A DNA stretch of 64,000 bases from Mytilus edulis (GCF_963676685.1 NC_092347.1:4774001-4838000), one strand, 5' to 3'; positions 14,733-24,748 are shown, counted from the first letter of the stretch. The notes: generated from the sequence alone by a model not told the origin. Numbers and translations: made by a program.

Positions 14733-14774
14733 GCGTCCGAAGCGCTTTTCTGGATTTACCTTCATCAGGAACGC
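14733..14774 (-). ncRNA. Minimal type I hammerhead ribozyme (copy 1)
   Basis: Minus strand reads GCGUUC-CUGAUGA-AGGUAAAUCCA-GAAA-AGCGCU-UC^GGACGC. Stem I is GCGUUC/GGACGC, conserved cores are CUGAUGA and GAAA, stem III is the palindrome AGCGCU. Predicted cleavage after UUC, between 14739 and 14738. Confidence 0.85.
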
Positions 14775-15082
14775 TCAAAGCCAAACATTTGAAATCCGAA
14801 GATGTATAAGTACCGAAAATCGTTGAAGAGCTATATGTTAAAAATACCTAAAATAAATAGCCAAATTCATCTAAAGCCAACTTTGCCTGAGGGAGTTGAA
14901 ACCTTAGTTTTATAATAATTTCAAAATTTATAAACGGACAATTTTAGTAAAGTTTGTTTAATCATGTCAGTACCGAAACACTGACTACTGAGCTGATGAT
15001 ACCCTCGGGGACTGATAGTCCACCAGCAGAGGTATCGACCCAGTGATGTAAAAATATAAAACAACACGTTTAATAATTCATT

Positions 15083-15124
15083 GCGTCCGAAGCGCTTTTC
15101 TGGATTTACCTTCATCAGGAACGC
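15083..15124 (-). ncRNA. Minimal type I hammerhead ribozyme (copy 2)
   Basis: Identical to copy 1, 350 bp away. Predicted cleavage between 15089 and 15088. Confidence 0.85.
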
Positions 15125-16699
15125 TCAAAGCCAAACATTTGAAATCCGAAGATGTATAAGTACCGAAAATCGTTGAAGAGCTATATGTTAAAAATACCTA
15201 AAATAAATAGCCAAATTCATCTAAAGCCAACTTTGCCTGAGGGAGTTGAAACCTTAGTTTTATAATAATTTCAAAATTTATAAACGGACAATTTTAGTAA
15301 AGTTTGTTTAATCATGTCAGTACCGAAACACTGACTACTGAGCTGATGATACCCTCGGGGACTGATAGTCCACCAGCAGAGGTATCGACCCAGTGATGTA
15401 AAAATATAAAACAACACGTTTAATAATTCATTGCGTCCGAAGCGCTTTTCTGGATTTACCTTCACCGTCACATGCATGTTTTGTACTTTTACTTGTTAAG
15501 AGCTTAGTGACAGTCATATGCATGTTTTGTATTAATACTTGTCAAGAGCTTAGTGACTGCACATGCATGTTTTGTACTAATACTTGTCAAGATCTTAGTG
15601 ACTGTCATATGCTAGTTTTTACTAATACTTGTTATGAGCTTAGTGACTGTCACATGCATGTTTTATACTTATACTTGTTATGAGCTTAGTGACTGTCATA
15701 TGCATGGGTTGTACTAATACTTGTTATGAGCTTGACTGTCGCATGCATGTTTTGTACTATTACTTGTTAAGAGCTTAGTGACTGTCATATGCATGTTTTG
15801 TACTAATACTTGTAATGAGCTTAGTGACTGTCACATGCATGTTTAATACTTATACTTGTTATGAGCTTAATGACTGTCATATGCATGTTTTTTACTAATA
15901 CTTGTTATGAGCTTAGTGGCTGTCATATGCATGTTTTGTACTAATACTTGTTAAGAGCTTAGTGACTGTCACATGCATGTTTTATACTTATACTTGTTAT
16001 GAGCTTAGTGACTGTCATATGCATGTTTTGTACTAATACTTGTAATGAGCTTAGTGACTGTCACATGCATGTTTTATACTTATACTTGTTATGAGCTTAA
16101 TGACTGTCATATGCATGTTTTGTACTAATACTTGTTATGAGCTTAGTGGCTGTCATATGCATGTTTTGTACTTATACTGGTTATGAGCTTAGTGACTGTC
16201 ACATGCATGTTTTATACCTATACTTGTTATGAGCTTAGTGACTGTCATATGCATGTTTTGTACTAATACTTGTTAAGAGCTTAGTGACAGTCACATGCAT
16301 GTTTTGTACTAATACTTGTTATGAGCTTAGTGACTGTCATATGCATGTTTTGTACTGATACTTTTTATGAGCTAAGTGACAGTCACATGCATGTTTTGTA
16401 CTTATACTTGTTATGAGCTCTGTGAAATTTGGGGACTGCAGGTCTTGTTGTGCTATTATGCTGAGTTATTTTGAGTATGACAATTTTCTAATGTTTTCAC
16501 CCACGTGTAGCAAAATGATTAAAATCCGTATACACCCAGTTCTTATCACCTGCTGTAGGTGTTGTTTAGAAATCTTAAACTTTCATCTGTAAACACTTAA
16601 GACTCTGACAATGAATAAAGGACTTTAAAACAACACAATGCAAATTAAAGATTCATGTTTGTCCTACTCAATACTTCCCGTACTTTTAAAACATTTTCA

Positions 16700-16920
16700 C
16701 CATTCCTGAGTTGTTTCACATGGGCGAAATTCAATCCAAGGGCATCCCTAGTTTTTGGTTAAGTCCATGTTGCTCAGTCTTTATTTGTTCTATGTCGTGT
16801 TTAGTGTGCTGTCGTTCGTCTGTTTGCCTGTTTGTCTTTTTCTTTTTTAGTCATGCTTTTCTCAGTTTATTCTCGAATTATAAGTTTGAGTGTACCTTTG
16901 GAAAATCAATCGCCTCTCTG
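16700..16920 (+). mobile_element. Dispersed SINE-like repeat, family B (diverged copy)
   Basis: Similar to the reverse-strand copies at 48653-48830 and 48934-49100 (gtctttttc..ttttagccatggcgttgtcagtttattttcga motif). Confidence 0.6.
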
Positions 16921-18325
16921 TCATATGGTGTCTAAAACCAAACGTTTTAAAAGTTGAAGCGAAATATTCTTGATGTTACTCCTGGTTTTCTGTTGCAATT
17001 TTCTGTTCTTACATGGACACTTGAGCACATGTCTTAATCCTTCTGTCATTTTGTGCGTGAGTCAGTTTATATGTTACGCTCGTTCATGTACCCTTTACGA
17101 ACTTTACTAAAAGGGACTTTCTCTATGCACGCAAACTGACCCAACAGAGTTGTGAGAAGGAAAGACTGAGTGAAGGAGATTCAATGACCATATTGGCATT
17201 TTTTACAGTATTTTTTTTTTTTGCAATTGTATTTCCGTTTAAACAGTGTCACTTACTCTTTCTATATCGTCATACAATTTCCGACTCTAAAGTCAAATAT
17301 AGAAGGTTCATTAAAAAAAACTGTATACAAACATCTTTGTTAAAAATCAATGCATAATTAGTAAAAGTGCAGTATCAATTAGCTGAATTTCAAATAAAGA
17401 ATAGAAAGCAATTTGAAATGGCATTGTCAGTATACAGTATCATTAATATATGTACAATGTAGGTATCGAGTGCCAAATTGGGAACAATTCAGAGCTCTAG
17501 AATCAAATAATTATAATTATTCATATTTTTTCTGAAGCAACACTTCTGAAGATCTTCGTTGTAATTTCATTCAAGCGATTAGGACATTCCAATTTAGCAC
17601 TAATAAAATAGTTCATAAGGTCATCAGAAATAATCAATACGATACGTCTTTATTAGAAACAATTTCTTTCGAGTTAAATTTGAAGATACCGATCTTAGAA
17701 CTCGTGATAAAATTATCAACAAAATTATTACATTTTGACCAGAGATTGTGTTAGAACAGAAGTTGTGACCGCAGGTCATCAGACTATAGCTGCTTAGTAA
17801 TTAACTTGGGTCAATTATAATTATCCTTTTCTCAATGACAATAACCGATTGTAATCCCGTTATGTATAATTTCCTTCGTCACTTCAAACGAGAATAACCA
17901 ATATAGTTGTCCATTTCTTTGATTGTAATTGATATTTGACTGTAGTATAAAAGCATGTCAGACTGGTCATTATATTGATGAATCACAGACAACCGACTCC
18001 AAACATTTAAGTTAAACATTTGCAGGTCGCAGGTTCAGGACAGACATAAAGACAATCTCTGAAAAGATAAAGGAAGAAATCTTAAAACTGAATTTTATTC
18101 GCACTTTATACTGACGATGATTTTAACATATTAACATATTAAAATTTGTTTTGTAGAATATATTTTAGATATAAGTTTTTCGGTTTGGTTTAATTCTATT
18201 TCCTCTAAACTCTTTAAATGTTTATTTCGGTTCAAAAGCTAAATGCGAGTTTGATATGGTGAATTGTTACCAATCATGTCGACTAAATATTAAACTTAAT
18301 ATGTTTGACGGTAAACTAGTAGCAT

Positions 18326-18615
18326 GTTTATGCCACATTGATTGGCATTATGTTTTCTGGTCTGTGCGTCCGTCCGTTCGTCTGTCCTTCCTTCCGTCCG
18401 TTCGTCCGTCTGTTCCTCTAAGGTTAAAATTTTTGGTCGAGGTAGTTTTTTTTTATGAAGTTGAAGTCCAATCAACTTAAAACTAAGTACACCCTATGAT
18501 ATAATCTTTCTAATTTTAATGCCAAATTAGAGTTTTTATCCCATTTTCACGGTCCACTAAACATAGAAAATGATAAAGGAGATGGGGAATCCGTGTACTT
18601 GGGACACATTTTTGT
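18326..18615. mobile_element. Single-unit copy of the HINE-like element at 9994-10951
   Basis: Same termini, a (CCGT)n tract and one ~165-bp core unit. Confidence 0.75.
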
Positions 18616-19005
18616 ATAAGTTGCGATACATACGAGTTATTTGGTAGATCAGTTACCATATTAATAGTTGAAATCTTTGATGAAACCTGAAGCATTGTTT
18701 ATCATAAATGACTATTCATAAATGTTCTTTTTTGGGTCAATCATATCTTTGGTTCTAAAACTCTTAAAGTTGGACTTATGAAAAATGCTCAATTCAAAAT
18801 TTGACTGGAACACAGCAAAGTCGCTGCTGTACATGTGCAATATATTATGAATATTTGATGTTGATGTATGTATAAATATGTACATTCTTTAAAAAAAAAA
18901 AAAAAAGGTAAACTAGTTTATAATTTGTTATATATATTTTATTTCACAAATAGCACTATTTATCTACATGAAGTAAGAACTAGTATATTGTTCGCAGAAA
19001 AAATC

Positions 19006-19758
19006 TTAAACAATCGTCTCTTTTCTTTTCATTGGACTCGCTCCTTTCAACAGCATGCGCTTAATCTCCTTTGCAGCAAGGTGACCAGAATATCTATCGG
19101 TTTCGTTCTGAAGTACTGGTATGTTGGTTGTTGTATTAGAACAATGTCTCAAATACCCCCAGCATGCATCACTTAACTCTGGAACATAAAATTCTTCAGC
19201 AGCACATGTTATACCAACAACTGTAGTCACGTCCATAACAACACTTCCGGTGTGTACAAAGTTGACGAATTGTCTAAACACATCAATGTCGTAGTTATGT
19301 ATTGGTATGTTTTGGTTGTCGTTTTTCTTTGTTTTTTTCTGAATCTGTGGACTATTCTGTTGTAGAATCATATCTTGAAGTACTTTACTTCTTGACGCAA
19401 TGACTGCCTTTAAACCATGGACAAGGAAGCGTTGTGGTCCAATTTCGAATGTAACATCACAAAGTTGTGGCATAGACAAGATGTACTTGATATTGTTGAC
19501 TACTGTTTCTGTATTGGTCACGTGCATTGTATCACCAGGATCTTCAAGGTCATCCAAATCATCACCTTCATCGTCACTTTCACTTGAATTGTCAGTGTCT
19601 GAAGATGAACCGCTGTTGCAGTTATCTGATTCGGCTCCCGATGCTGACAAACTGGGTTCCGAGTCGGATACAAATACTGGAGATTCATAACCAGAAGAAG
19701 ACTCTTCTTCAGAGTCATCCAAGTTCAACAAAGGTACTCTGTCTGCTAAGAAGTTCAT
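19006..19758 (-). CDS. Intronless BTB/POZ-domain protein (serine-enriched protein-like), paralog A, 250 aa
   Basis: BTB signature LCDVTFEIG...VHGLKAVIASRSKVL...IPIHNYDIDVFRQFVNFVHTGSV...AAEEFYVPELSDAC. Acidic Ser-rich N-terminus. ORF intact and conserved with paralog B. Confidence 0.9.
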   Translation of the reverse strand: MNFLADRVPLLNLDDSEEESSSGYESPVFVSDSEPSLSASGAESDNCNSGSSSDTDNSSESDDEGDDLDDLEDPGDTMHVTNTETVVNNIKYILSMPQLCDVTFEIGPQRFLVHGLKAVIASRSKVLQDMILQQNSPQIQKKTKKNDNQNIPIHNYDIDVFRQFVNFVHTGSVVMDVTTVVGITCAAEEFYVPELSDACWGYLRHCSNTTTNIPVLQNETDRYSGHLAAKEIKRMLLKGASPMKRKETIV

Positions 19759-19819
19759 AGTTATAATGTATTTTGTTCTCTTTCAATTGATTTTATGATA
19801 TCCAGAAACAAAACTAAAT

Positions 19820-19898
19820 TCATTATATAATGCGCGGTATTTATGACAAGTGAGTATTCAAACTCCAAGCAAATCAGCTTGGAGTAATAATTGACAGT
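19820..19898 (-). promoter_or_regulatory. Putative proximal promoter of BTB paralog A
   Basis: TATATAA ~65-70 bp upstream of the ATG. Blocks tgacaagtgagt and atcagcttggagtaataattgacag are shared with the paralog B upstream region. Confidence 0.5.
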
Positions 19899-21000
19899 TA
19901 CTGATTTGAGATATTGACAATAGTTAGTTTTAATTATCATTAATTACAACTAATTAACAGCAGTTACTAACAAATTTTGAAATTATCACACTTAAGTATT
20001 TTAATTTAGTTATTCGAAAGAATCCATTTTTAACTGGGATAATATAATTAAGTTACTTTGAATTGCATCAGTTTTGGTAAAATAATATTGAATAACAAAG
20101 TAAAATTAATGCTCCAAATAGGTCTTTAAAACGATTGTAACAAAGACCATTACACTCACTGTTGGTTCCATTGTTTCGTAGATAAAAACCGACTGGTGTT
20201 AAATTAAAAATTGATCTTCATGGATTCAAAATTTATCATGGAACTCTGAACAAGACGCAGTTCATCTTGACTTAACAAACAAAAATGCATTTAGAAGATC
20301 TTTCAATATTTTCGTATGACAAGCAGTGGGGACTTTTATCATATGAATAATTTAATTTAGGAGGGGAAATATTAACATTTACAAGATATTTTGACATTCT
20401 GTAATGGCATGTGTGTGGACATTTCTGAAGATTTACCATATATATCATGATAAATGTATCTTGTCATGGCAGACGAGAAAAAATGTGATTTTGAAGGAGA
20501 ATTAAAGACTTTCTAAAATCAGGGGTGGGGTTGGAAAAAAACCTAGCGACTCATCTTAAATTATATTTGATTTTATTGTCATGTCATGCAGAATATATTC
20601 CATTCATTAGATTCTTAGTATCTCTTCCAGTTTTTTTTTTGTATAGTTTGAAGAAAGTAAAACTTTTCGAGGTCAAAGGTCAAGGTTATAGGTGATAATT
20701 GACCTGCTAGCCTTCAGGTATGTCACAAATTTTGACTGCCATTGAAATATTAAGTTTTGTTGAAGTATTGCCTTAAGAAAAAAATAAGAACTACGTCAAG
20801 CAATAAATCTACAAACTTGGGTTGGGAGACTTAAATATATCATAAAATTTAAATATCTATTAGGTTGTTACCTATAAAAAAAGATTTAAGTACGTAATCG
20901 GCTTCATTCAAGGTTGGTTGGGGTTTGTGGTCTTTTTTCTTCAATTCTATATTTGAAGTCACAAGTTAATATTCTCTCCTATTTTTTTCTATTATTTACT

Positions 21001-21116
21001 TTAACTTCTAATTCTTTTCTTTAACTTCTTATTCTTTTCTTTAACTTCTTATTCTTTTCTTTAACTTCTTATTCTTTTCTTTAACTTCTTATTCTTTTCT
21101 TTAACTTCTTATTCTT
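21001..21116. repeat. 20-bp tandem repeat (ttaacttcttattcttttct), ~6 copies
   Basis: Direct inspection. Confidence 0.9.
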
Positions 21117-21642
21117 TATTCTGTTGATTTCATTAAAATCTCATCTTTAAAGAACTCAGATTTTTAGTAACTTACTAACAATTCGAAAAGTCTACATATT
21201 AATCAATTCAAAACTGAATAGTTTTGTCAATTTTAGAAATACTACGGAGCTTCCTATTATAAAGTGAAGTAAACTTTTGTGAAGTCTCTAGTCTTTTATT
21301 AAAAAAAAATCATATGCATAATCGTTTTTATTAGAAAATAAAACAAATATCATTTGCATTATTCTTTTACTATGTCAAATTTGAGTTGCTGTCCGCTTGC
21401 AATCATTTTCGTAGGGAACAAAAATAATAAAATAACTAAAAATATTTAGGAATGGGCAATTCGTTTTGTATATAACGATTTTTGATTTTTGGACTATTTT
21501 AAATCTCGGACTATTTCGGAAATTAATTCTTACATACTTTGATTTATTAACCCTGCATGCTACCATCGCCCATGTGAAATTTTTAAATTGTTTGTATATA
21601 CATTGAACGACAAATTTATGTGACGTATAAAATTTTCTGACG

Positions 21643-22393
21643 GGCGTATGACATTTGCGCCGTTTTTTAAATTTTCATTCTTTCATTTGCACCGATTTCA
21701 TTTTTTCATTTGCGCCGATTTTATATTTGCTCCTAATTGGATTTACAGGTAAAAGAATACTTGTACATGTACTGTACCGTGAAGGTATATTGATAAAATC
21801 TGGTTATAAACTTAGGTTTTAGTTAATTTTTCATATTGTTCTGAACTTTGCTGTAAATTGATGGACATATTGCGCACTGCAACGAGCCGAGGAGTCAATT
21901 CTTTAACCATCGATGGCCATACACATAAGTACGTAAGCCAGACAAAGAAAAGATGGACTTCGTTATTGACAATTACAACAAATATAGAAGAGACGAAATC
22001 ACAAGAAAGGAATATATTAGATGTGTTGCCTATAAATACTCAGCAAGAACAGATTTATGATTTTAATGTATTCCGTTTTTATGGATTTGAATGCTGTAAA
22101 TAGATTTTCAATTCGTCATTTTAGTATAAACCAGAGTGCTTTTATCTAAGGTTTTTACTTCTTGATTTTAAAGTATGTGAATATAGTGTACAACTAGTTG
22201 ACGGAAGAGGTCTATGATGATAAATGAAAAATAACATGACTTGGATGGAGAGTTGTCTCATTTGCACTCATACCACATCTTCTTATATCTATTCACCTGT
22301 AATTAAACTGTAAATTACCTGTAAAAAATCGGCGCAAATGAAAACAAAAATCGGCGCAAATGAAAACAAAAATCGGCGCAAATGCAAAACGCC
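21643..22393. mobile_element. Mutator/foldback-like MITE
   Basis: TIRs ggcgtatgacatttgcgccg / cggcgcaaatgcaaaacgcc with tandem subterminal aaaatcggcgcaaatg repeats. Flanking direct repeat tttctgacg at 21634-21642 and 22395-22403 (a 9-10 bp TSD). Confidence 0.75.
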
Positions 22394-22429
22394 GTTTCTG
22401 ACGTCAGACACGCGAATCAATGAATGTGT

Positions 22430-22621
22430 TGTAATAATCCTGTGTGGGGATACGAGAGGCAAAATATTAGGAACTCATAAAATTACATCCTTTAATGGCG
22501 CTTGCAAAACGAAAAAGAGACAGTACATGTGATTACGATTACATACATGTATATAACAAAATCATATACGGACTGAACAGTATTTCCGGAAACGCGGATT
22601 CAACCCCCTATATATATTACA
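22430..22621 (-). repeat. 3' LTR (192 bp)
   Basis: tgtaata...tattaca terminal inverted repeat. Differs from the 5' LTR only at 22468 (t vs g). Confidence 0.95.
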
Positions 22622-22651
22622 AAAAAATTCTGAATTTGCAGGGACAGAAAT

Positions 22652-23215
22652 TCATTTTTGACACTGAACCTTCACAGTCTTAGTATTTATATACAATTTA
22701 CCAAAATCAAGCACTATCTTGTTAGTAAATAAATAATTGGTACCTAAAATCAACGGATTCGAGGTTTGAGATAGTATGTACACATGTAACCAATGTTTGC
22801 CAGTCGGAACTTTGTTCTTTATACGTGCTGTACCAACAATATTTATTGACGCATTATTTGCCAAAAGTATCTTTTCGTTTGCACTTTTAAAAGAATTACG
22901 GTAATGTTCTGGCAACGAATTAAAAAGTTGTTGTGATATTACATTTATGGAACTGCCACTATCTATAAGTGCGGCTATCTCTATATTGTCTATAGTAACT
23001 GGCATATATAAAAATTTGGGGCGAGATGACTCCTCTCCTTCTATTTCAGAACAAGTACTATCATATGAGTCAGATTCATTATTGTCACAAGTATAATTAC
23101 AAGATTGTACATGTACGTTGTGTTGTCTACTAGGAGAGCGACTACGCCTTCTGGCACTTAAGGGTGGTCGCCCGAGGGAGCGTGCCCAGTGTCCCCCGGG
23201 TTCTGACGGTTTCCC
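22652..23215 (-). CDS. pro: Retroviral-type aspartic protease, -1 frame relative to gag; pol truncated after it
   Basis: ALIDSGSSINVIS catalytic motif and LILGTNYL. The frame is open from the slippery site at 23215 through the annotated ORF 23005-22652. Confidence 0.88.
   Translation of the reverse strand, partial: GKPSEPGGHWARSLGRPPLSARRRSRSPSRQHNVHVQSCNYTCDNNESDSYDSTCSEIEGEESSRPKFLYMPVTIDNIEIAALIDSGSSINVISQQLFNSLPEHYRNSFKSANEKILLANNASINIVGTARIKNKVPTGKHWLHVYILSQTSNPLILGTNYLFTNKIVLDFGKLYINTKTVKVQCQK
23151..23215 (-). promoter_or_regulatory. Programmed -1 ribosomal frameshift signal (slippery heptamer plus H-type pseudoknot)
   Basis: G GGA AAC at 23215-23209 in the gag frame, then an 8-nt spacer. 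Stem 1 is CCCGGGGGA (23200-23192) / UCCCUCGGG (23179-23171). Loop CUGGGCAC can pair with downstream GUGCCAG (23157-23151). Confidence 0.8.
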
Positions 23216-24036
23216 TGTTGGCTTGAAAAACGTAAACAGTGTGACGCTGAATGCCCATACTGACTACAGAGCTGACATTGTGAACTTGGGTTAGCCTGAC
23301 CTTCACCATCCCACATACAATCGCGCCTAAAATGTTGTGGCCCTTTACAAGCGTGACAATAAAAGGATGGACGATTTTCGGGCCGCCTGTTCAAATTGTA
23401 ATCCCGCTGTTCTTTAGGGTAATCAGACTGACGGAAATTTTGATAATTTTGCCTGCGATTTTGAGGTTGCTGTCTGGGCTGTTCTGATTGAGCTGAAAGT
23501 TTTTGTATTGCACTTGTCAAATCTTGAATTTGTGATTTCAGTTCATGTACGACTGACGGGTTTTGTTCGGCAACAACAGCTTTAGGTGTAATTTGTTGTT
23601 TGATGGCAGAAACAGATATTTCATCATGTAACCTGTACCCGTATGCTTCGCCCATTTTGGCAGCTGATAGTGCACTATTACTGTCTTTGTGGTTACCTGC
23701 CCTTACAAAGAAAGCTAACTTTTCGGGAAGACCCTTGATGAATTTGGTGAGAATATCATGATCAGCTTTGTGTAATAATTGAGCTTTTTCTACAAGCTGG
23801 CAGTAAAAATCTTCGAGTGCTTGACCCGGTGACAACTTTATGTGTTCAAAAACCTCATTTTCTAGCATGATTGTTGGACTTTGCCAATCGAGATTAACAT
23901 ATTTTCTCTTAAACAGTTCAATAAGTTTTTCCCAGGAGCTTTTGTCATTGGATGTTAATGAGTTAAACCACGTGAGGGCTGGGCCCGTTAACTGGAGATG
24001 AAACGCTGCTATTCGCCTTTGGTTTTCATAAGGCAT
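23158..24036 (-). CDS. gag: Gag (capsid-like region and two CCHC zinc knuckles), C-terminal part
   Basis: LTGPALTWFNSL...SWEKLIELFKRKY capsid motif and KFIKGLP. Knuckles CHACKGPQHFRRDC and CQLCSQYGHSASHC (CX2CX4HX4C). Confidence 0.9.
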   Translation of the reverse strand: MPYENQRRIAAFHLQLTGPALTWFNSLTSNDKSSWEKLIELFKRKYVNLDWQSPTIMLENEVFEHIKLSPGQALEDFYCQLVEKAQLLHKADHDILTKFIKGLPEKLAFFVRAGNHKDSNSALSAAKMGEAYGYRLHDEISVSAIKQQITPKAVVAEQNPSVVHELKSQIQDLTSAIQKLSAQSEQPRQQPQNRRQNYQNFRQSDYPKEQRDYNLNRRPENRPSFYCHACKGPQHFRRDCMWDGEGQANPSSQCQLCSQYGHSASHCLRFSSQQGNRQNPGDTGHAPSGDHP

Positions 24037-24482
24037 GATATTATGTAGTGTAGCAAAAAAACAAGTCCATTTTCATGGGGATATCCCCCGAATTTCCTAC
24101 ACGGAGCTAATTTTTCCATGACAGCTGTATGTACTATTCTAGGTATACTTGTATGTTCTAATCTAGGCGTACTTGTAGTGTAACATGCACTTGTGTTATA
24201 AGTCAAATTATTTTGATGCAATCTGTTAACCAAACTTATTTGTGGTGTTAAAATTGGCATAGAACGATCTAATGTGTTGGTTTGAGAGGGCCTAGTCGGG
24301 GCTAATAAATGCAAACTTTGATCTAATTCTTGGTTTTGAGAAGGCCTAGTCGGTGCCAATAAATATGAACTTAAAAGTGAATCGTCGGTAAATTCGTCGT
24401 CCTTTTCAACTAATGAGTGTAAACTTAAAGTAGACTCACCATCGCTCATATCATTTAAATTGCTATATTTCGGCGCCGACAT
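24009..24482 (-). CDS. gag: Gag N-terminal part, separated from the rest by a frameshift at a T-run near 24055
   Basis: Ends in the capsid-start-like motif KFGGYPHENGLVF. The -1 frame continues FATLHNIMPYENQRR into the main gag ORF. Confidence 0.65.
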   Translation of the reverse strand: MSAPKYSNLNDMSDGESTLSLHSLVEKDDEFTDDSLLSSYLLAPTRPSQNQELDQSLHLLAPTRPSQTNTLDRSMPILTPQISLVNRLHQNNLTYNTSACYTTSTPRLEHTSIPRIVHTAVMEKLAPCRKFGGYPHENGLVFLLHYIISCLMKTKGE

Positions 24483-24748
24483 CAGCGAAGAAAAAAAACC
24501 AACACCGTAATGAGATAAATCTCACGTACAGATAAAAAAATTAAATGTGCATGTTAAATAATACGCCTGTAATGAGATGAATCTCACGTACAGAAAACTG
24601 GGATTCATAAGGCAACTTGAAGAAAATCATAATCTGCATACTAAACACAATTTAAACACACAAAGTTTATTATTTATTCAATAGTAACATACCAGACAAT
24701 GAGATCAATCTTACGTATCTGAATCACGAAAACTGGAAATGTAGAAAC

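Larger units (their letters stand above)
14700..15464 (-). mobile_element. Non-LTR retrozyme: 2.2 tandem copies of a 350-bp unit with hammerhead ribozymes
   Basis: Units 14700-15049 and 15050-15399 appear identical, followed by a partial unit at 15400-15464. Each full unit has a hammerhead core on the minus strand. Truncated at its 5' end inside the third ribozyme. Confidence 0.85.
13826..16419. repeat. 46-bp minisatellite (gagcttagtgactgtcacatgcatgttttgtactaatacttgttat), ~40 copies, interrupted at 14700-15464
   Basis: Period of 46 measured at 13826/13872 and 14101/14147. The unit contains the palindromes gtgac-t-gtcac and acatgcatgt. Confidence 0.95.

Noticed and set aside
14993-15048. Possible plus-strand hammerhead (CTGATGA at 14993)
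   Set aside because: The following stem closes with CGAC rather than GAAA, and no matching stem III or cleavage triplet can be built.
14921-15477. Duplicated 64-68 aa ORFs in the retrozyme
   Set aside because: They are short, overlap the ribozyme and have no recognisable domain; they are duplicated only because the unit is.
13826-16419. CRISPR-like appearance of palindromic repeats
   Set aside because: Units are contiguous with no unique spacers, there are no cas genes, and the context is eukaryotic. The same applies to the 29-, 42- and 53-bp arrays.
19400-19760. Antisense and alternate-frame ORFs over the BTB genes (also 28301-28538)
   Set aside because: They are shadows of the real CDS.
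22495-22683. ORFs shared between 22495-22683 and 25704-25895
   Set aside because: They are identical only because they lie in the two LTRs.
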